DNA of 32,000 nucleotides from Psychrobacter sp. HD31 (GTDB lineage Bacteria; Pseudomonadota; Gammaproteobacteria; Pseudomonadales; Moraxellaceae): NCBI RefSeq assembly GCF_051097895.1, contig NZ_CP142525.1, positions 60,001 to 92,000 of the forward strand, read 5' to 3'. Shown piece by piece: positions 28,033 to 32,000 of this stretch (position 1 is its first letter; each line of letters starts with the position of its first letter). The notes under the pieces were generated by a model. It saw only the letters and a program-made list of their open reading frames with translations, ran no database searches and was not told where the DNA came from. The position numbers and the translations under genes were made by a program.

Positions 28033-30522
28033 ATGAAAAACGTTATTGTAAAGATTTATAACACGAAAGAACAAATATCAGAAGCGACTGTTATCACCAA
28101 AGACGGAGAGCCGACGATTATCCAAGCAGGTGAAAAAGTCAACTACGAATTTTTTGACGAATCAATTGGCCGTGGACCGAACCACATCATCACCAAACGT
28201 GTTGGTGATGACTTACACGTATCATTTGAGCGCGAAGGTAAAGAAACTGACTTAATCATTGAAGGTTTTTACTTAAACGATGATCAAGCACTGATTGGCT
28301 TACACGAAAGTGATGCATATTACTACTACATACCAGATACAGGAGAAGTATACGACTACGTTACCCAGCTAGAAGCAGGTGCCGTAGAAGGACAAGCACT
28401 GGGTGGAGAAGAATTTGTAAGCCCCTTATGGATTGCCGGTTTTCCATGGTGGTTAGCAGCTCTTCCACTAGCTGCAATCCCATTTATTGATGATAAGGAT
28501 GATAGCAAGCCTAAGCCTGCGAACCCACCGGTAGCTGAAGATGATAAAGAGACAGGCAAAACTGGAGAGCCAGTTAAAGTTGACGTATTAGGCAATGACA
28601 CAGACCCTGAAGATGACATCGACCCTAAAACGGTTAAACTGATTGACCCAACTGGCAAAGAAGTTACTGAATTACCAGTAGACGGTGAAGGTACATGGAC
28701 AGTTGACCCAACAACAGGCGAAGTAACCTTTACGCCAGAAGATGGTTTCACAGATGACCCAACTCCAGTTAAATACACAGTAGAAGATACAACTGGTAAC
28801 AAGTCAAACCCTGCAGAGGTTACAGTTGATTATCCTCAGAACCCACCGGTAGCTGAAGATGATAAAGAGACAGGCAAAACTGGAGAGCCAGTTAAAGTTG
28901 ACGTATTAGGCAATGACACAGACCCTGAAGATGACATCGACCCTAAAACGGTTAAACTGATTGACCCAACTGGTAAAGAAGTTACTGAATTACCAGTAGA
29001 CGGTGAAGGTACATGGACAGTTGACCCAACAACAGGCGAAGTAACCTTTACGCCAGAAGATGGTTTCACAGATGACCCAACTCCAGTTAAATACACAGTA
29101 GAAGATACAACTGGTAACAAGTCAAACCCTGCAGAGGTTACAGTTGATTATCCTCAGAACCCACCGGTAGCTGAAGATGATAAAGAGACAGGCAAAACTG
29201 GAGAGCCAGTTAAAGTTGACGTATTAGGCAATGACACAGACCCTGAAGATGACATCGACCCTAAAACGGTTAAACTGATTGACCCAACTGGTAAAGAAGT
29301 TACTGAATTACCAGTAGACGGTGAAGGTACATGGACAGTTGACCCAACAACAGGCGAAGTAACCTTTACGCCAGAAGATGGTTTCACAGATGACCCAACT
29401 CCAGTTAAATACACAGTAGAAGATACAACTGGTAACAAGTCAAACCCTGCAGAGGTTACAGTTGATTATCCTCAGAACCCACCGGTAGCTGAAGATGATA
29501 AAGAGACAGGCAAAACTGGAGAGCCAGTTAAAGTTGACGTATTAGGCAATGACACAGACCCTGAAGATGACATCGACCCTAAAACGGTTAAACTGATTGA
29601 CCCAACTGGTAAAGAAGTTACTGAATTACCAGTAGACGGTGAAGGTACATGGACAGTTGACCCAACAACAGGCGAAGTAACCTTTACGCCAGAAGATGGT
29701 TTCACAGATGACCCAACTCCAGTTAAATACACAGTAGAAGATACAACTGGTAACAAGTCAAACCCTGCAGAGGTTACAGTTGATTATCCTCAGAACCCAC
29801 CGGTAGCTGAAGATGATAAAGAGACAGGCAAAACTGGAGAGCCAGTTAAAGTTGACGTATTAGGCAATGACACAGACCCTGAAGATGACATCGACCCTAA
29901 AACGGTTAAACTGATTGACCCAACTGGTAAAGAAGTTACTGAATTACCAGTAGACGGTGAAGGTACATGGACAGTTGACCCAACAACAGGCGAAGTAACC
30001 TTTACGCCAGAAGATGGTTTCACAGATGACCCAACTCCAGTTAAATACACAGTAGAAGATACAACTGGTAACAAGTCAAACCCTGCAGAGGTTACAGTTG
30101 ATTATCCTCAGAACCCACCGGTAGCTGAAGATGATAAAGAGACAGGCAAAACTGGAGAGCCAGTTAAAGTTGACGTATTAGGCAATGACACAGACCCTGA
30201 AGATGACATCGACCCTAAAACGGTTAAACTGATTGACCCAACTGGTAAAGAAGTTACTGAATTACCAGTAGACGGTGAAGGTACATGGACAGTTGACCCA
30301 ACAACAGGCGAAGTAACCTTTACGCCAGAAGATGGTTTCACAGATGACCCAACTCCAGTTAAATACACAGTAGAAGATACAACTGGTAACAAGTCAAACC
30401 CTGCAGAGGTTACAGTTGATTATCCTCAGAACCCACCGGTAGCTGAAGATGATAAAGAGACAGGCAAAACTGGAGAGCCAGTTAAAGTTGACGTATTAGG
30501 CAATGACACAGACCCTGAATGA
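28033..30522 (+). CDS. adhesin 5' fragment: Bap/LapA-like N-terminal module, hydrophobic segment, then 6.3 tandem repeats
   Basis: The N-terminus (VIVKIYNTKEQISEATV...DLHVSFEREGKETDLIIEGFYLND) resembles the prefix/retention domain of T1SS giant adhesins. PLWIAGFPWWLAALPLAAIPF is hydrophobic. The repeats are CshA-fibril/cadherin-like (VLGNDTDPEDD...GEGTWTVDPTTGEVTFTPEDGFTDDPTPVKYTVEDTTGN). The fragment ends at the TGA created by the deletion. Confidence 0.8.
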   Translation: MKNVIVKIYNTKEQISEATVITKDGEPTIIQAGEKVNYEFFDESIGRGPNHIITKRVGDDLHVSFEREGKETDLIIEGFYLNDDQALIGLHESDAYYYYIPDTGEVYDYVTQLEAGAVEGQALGGEEFVSPLWIAGFPWWLAALPLAAIPFIDDKDDSKPKPANPPVAEDDKETGKTGEPVKVDVLGNDTDPEDDIDPKTVKLIDPTGKEVTELPVDGEGTWTVDPTTGEVTFTPEDGFTDDPTPVKYTVEDTTGNKSNPAEVTVDYPQNPPVAEDDKETGKTGEPVKVDVLGNDTDPEDDIDPKTVKLIDPTGKEVTELPVDGEGTWTVDPTTGEVTFTPEDGFTDDPTPVKYTVEDTTGNKSNPAEVTVDYPQNPPVAEDDKETGKTGEPVKVDVLGNDTDPEDDIDPKTVKLIDPTGKEVTELPVDGEGTWTVDPTTGEVTFTPEDGFTDDPTPVKYTVEDTTGNKSNPAEVTVDYPQNPPVAEDDKETGKTGEPVKVDVLGNDTDPEDDIDPKTVKLIDPTGKEVTELPVDGEGTWTVDPTTGEVTFTPEDGFTDDPTPVKYTVEDTTGNKSNPAEVTVDYPQNPPVAEDDKETGKTGEPVKVDVLGNDTDPEDDIDPKTVKLIDPTGKEVTELPVDGEGTWTVDPTTGEVTFTPEDGFTDDPTPVKYTVEDTTGNKSNPAEVTVDYPQNPPVAEDDKETGKTGEPVKVDVLGNDTDPEDDIDPKTVKLIDPTGKEVTELPVDGEGTWTVDPTTGEVTFTPEDGFTDDPTPVKYTVEDTTGNKSNPAEVTVDYPQNPPVAEDDKETGKTGEPVKVDVLGNDTDPE

Positions 30523-31381
30523 CATCGACCCTAAAACGGTTAAACTGATTGACCCAACTGGTAAAGAAGTTACTGAATTACCAGTAGACGGTGAAGGTAC
30601 ATGGACAGTTGACCCAACAACAGGCGAAGTAACCTTTACGCCAGAAGATGGTTTCACAGATGACCCAACTCCAGTTAAATACACAGTAGAAGATACAACT
30701 GGTAACAAGTCAAACCCTGCAGAGGTTACAGTTGATTATCCTCAGAACCCACCGGTAGCTGAAGATGATAAAGAGACAGGCAAAACTGGAGAGCCAGTTA
30801 AAGTTGACGTATTAGGCAATGACACAGACCCTGAAGATGACATCGACCCTAAAACGGTTAAACTGATTGACCCAACTGGCAAAGAAGTTACTGAATTACC
30901 AGTAGACGGTGAAGGTACATGGACAGTTGACCCAACAACAGGCGAAGTAACCTTTACGCCAGAAGATGGTTTCACAGATGACCCAACTCCAGTTAAATAC
31001 ACAGTAGAAGATACAACTGGTAACAAGTCAAACCCTGCAGAGGTTACAGTTGATTATCCTCAGAACCCACCGGTAGCTGAAGATGATAAAGAGACAGGCA
31101 AAACTGGAGAGCCAGTTAAAGTTGACGTATTAGGCAATGACACAGACCCTGAAGATGACATCGACCCTAAAACGGTTAAACTGATTGACCCAACTGGCAA
31201 AGAAGTTACTGAATTACCAGTAGACGGTGAAGGTACATGGACAGTTGACCCAACAACAGGCGAAGTAACCTTTACGCCAGAAGATGGTTTCACAGATGAC
31301 CCAACTCCAGTTAAATACACAGTAGAAGATACAACTGGTAACAAGTCAAACCCTGCAGAGGTTACAGTGGACTATCCGCCA
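28522..31381 (+). repeat. nine in-frame tandem copies of a 318-bp (106-aa) unit, almost identical at nucleotide level
   Basis: Unit starts (AACCCACCGGTAGCTGAAGAT) are at 28522, 28840, 29158, 29476, 29794, 30112, 30430, 30746 and 31064. The antisense artefact ORFs in the track repeat with the same 318-nt period. The only internal differences I found are one synonymous C/T site and the 2-bp deletion. Confidence 0.95.
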
Positions 31382-32000
31382 AAAGTTAAAATTGTTGCGA
31401 AAGATGACGAAGCGGTTGAGGGTGTTGATAATGCACTTGAATTTACTGTTTCTCAAAATGAGGTAAACAATAAAGATACCATTGTTAAAGTTAAACCGAC
31501 AGGTAATAGTACCGTTGAGCCTGAAGACATTGTTTCAATTGTTTATACGGATGGGAATGGTAATGAGAAAACATTAAATACGCCAGAGCAAATTGAAGAT
31601 TTCTTTGAAAGTGGTGTAAATGTACAAATAGCCAAAGGTAAAACAGAAACGCCAATTAAAATAACGGTTAAAGATGACGAGTCATACGAGGTTAGTGAAG
31701 ACTTAGTGCTTGAAATTAGTGAGCCTAAGAATGCTAGCCTGAGCGATGAGATAGAAGCAACGGGTGTTATCAATGATGAAGATGACGGTAATCCTAAAAC
31801 ACCAACAGATACAAAAGATGGTGATAAGCCGAAATTAACAGTTGGAGATGCGGAAGCGGTAGAAGGTGATGATCTAGTCCATAAAGTCAAAGTTAATGGA
31901 GAAAGTGAAACAGACATTACTTATAAGTTTGAGCTTAAAGATGGTAGCGCAGAAGAAGGCAAGGACTATGATAATACACCAACCTTCTCAAATGGCGTCG
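30503..32000 (+). CDS. adhesin 3' fragment (frame 2): remaining 2.7 repeats, then Calx-beta-like domains; partial at window end
   Basis: The first in-frame ATG after the frame-2 stop at 30497-30499 is at 30503, with no good RBS. I translated this frame to nt 31999 without a stop. After the repeats come Calx-beta-like units (KDDEAVEGVDNALEFTVS...ITVKDDESYEVSEDLVLEI and GDAEAVEGDDLVHKVKV...KDGSAEEGKDYD). Confidence 0.7.
   Translation, partial: MTQTLNDIDPKTVKLIDPTGKEVTELPVDGEGTWTVDPTTGEVTFTPEDGFTDDPTPVKYTVEDTTGNKSNPAEVTVDYPQNPPVAEDDKETGKTGEPVKVDVLGNDTDPEDDIDPKTVKLIDPTGKEVTELPVDGEGTWTVDPTTGEVTFTPEDGFTDDPTPVKYTVEDTTGNKSNPAEVTVDYPQNPPVAEDDKETGKTGEPVKVDVLGNDTDPEDDIDPKTVKLIDPTGKEVTELPVDGEGTWTVDPTTGEVTFTPEDGFTDDPTPVKYTVEDTTGNKSNPAEVTVDYPPKVKIVAKDDEAVEGVDNALEFTVSQNEVNNKDTIVKVKPTGNSTVEPEDIVSIVYTDGNGNEKTLNTPEQIEDFFESGVNVQIAKGKTETPIKITVKDDESYEVSEDLVLEISEPKNASLSDEIEATGVINDEDDGNPKTPTDTKDGDKPKLTVGDAEAVEGDDLVHKVKVNGESETDITYKFELKDGSAEEGKDYDNTPTFSNGV

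Larger units (their letters stand above)
28033..32000 (+). pseudogene. giant repeat adhesin gene (Bap/LapA-type, probable T1SS substrate) interrupted by a 2-bp deletion; 3' end beyond the window
   Basis: Frame 1 is open 28033-30522 and frame 2 is open from 30500 to the window end. Both encode the same 106-aa repeat, so this is one gene split by a frameshift. This entry is the whole-locus view of the two fragments listed next. Confidence 0.65.

Noticed and set aside
28356-31344. A series of 94-aa (plus one 148-aa and one 70-aa) minus-strand ORFs (MLPVVSSTVYLTGVGSS...) recurring every 318 nt.
   Set aside because: They are antisense read-throughs of the adhesin repeat, repeating the same sequence because the DNA repeats. 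They have Ser/Val/Thr-rich low-complexity content, no RBS, and fully overlap a far longer, domain-bearing plus-strand frame.
28522-31381. Regularly spaced repeats that could superficially suggest a CRISPR array.
   Set aside because: The units are 318 bp, directly abutting with no unique spacers, and in frame within a protein-coding gene. No cas genes are present.

Overview
This is a chromosomal window from an AT-rich gammaproteobacterium. Divergent pairs rne/rluC, bamE/fur and pilT/yggS, a cvpA-purF pair, and two ~600-aa FadE-like acyl-CoA dehydrogenases look Moraxellaceae/Pseudomonadales-like; that placement is inference from memory, not a search. About 85% of the window is ordinary core housekeeping: RNase E, RluC, EngB, RnfH, BamE, Fur, PilT, YggS, PriA, RsmE, PyrD, CvpA and PurF. 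I saw no tRNA, rRNA, CRISPR array, transposase, integrase or recognisable defence genes. Four parts deserve a second look. (1) At 27.0-32.0 kb an OmpA-family lipoprotein gene sits directly upstream of a giant T1SS/Bap-LapA-type adhesin gene. That gene holds nine nearly identical 318-bp in-frame tandem repeats, and a 2-bp deletion in repeat 7 makes a premature TGA at 30520-30522. (2) A ~740-bp gene-free, AT-rich spacer at 13.66-14.40 kb carries two perfect and several near-perfect DnaA boxes. (3) Between yggS and priA lies an islet of tiny genes, including a possible orphan phage GpE-like ORF. (4) The rne-rluC spacer is ~1 kb long, with a large hairpin flanked by A- and T-tracts and a 16-nt direct repeat. 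None of these is demonstrably a new system from sequence alone, and functional assignments rest on motifs I recognise by eye.
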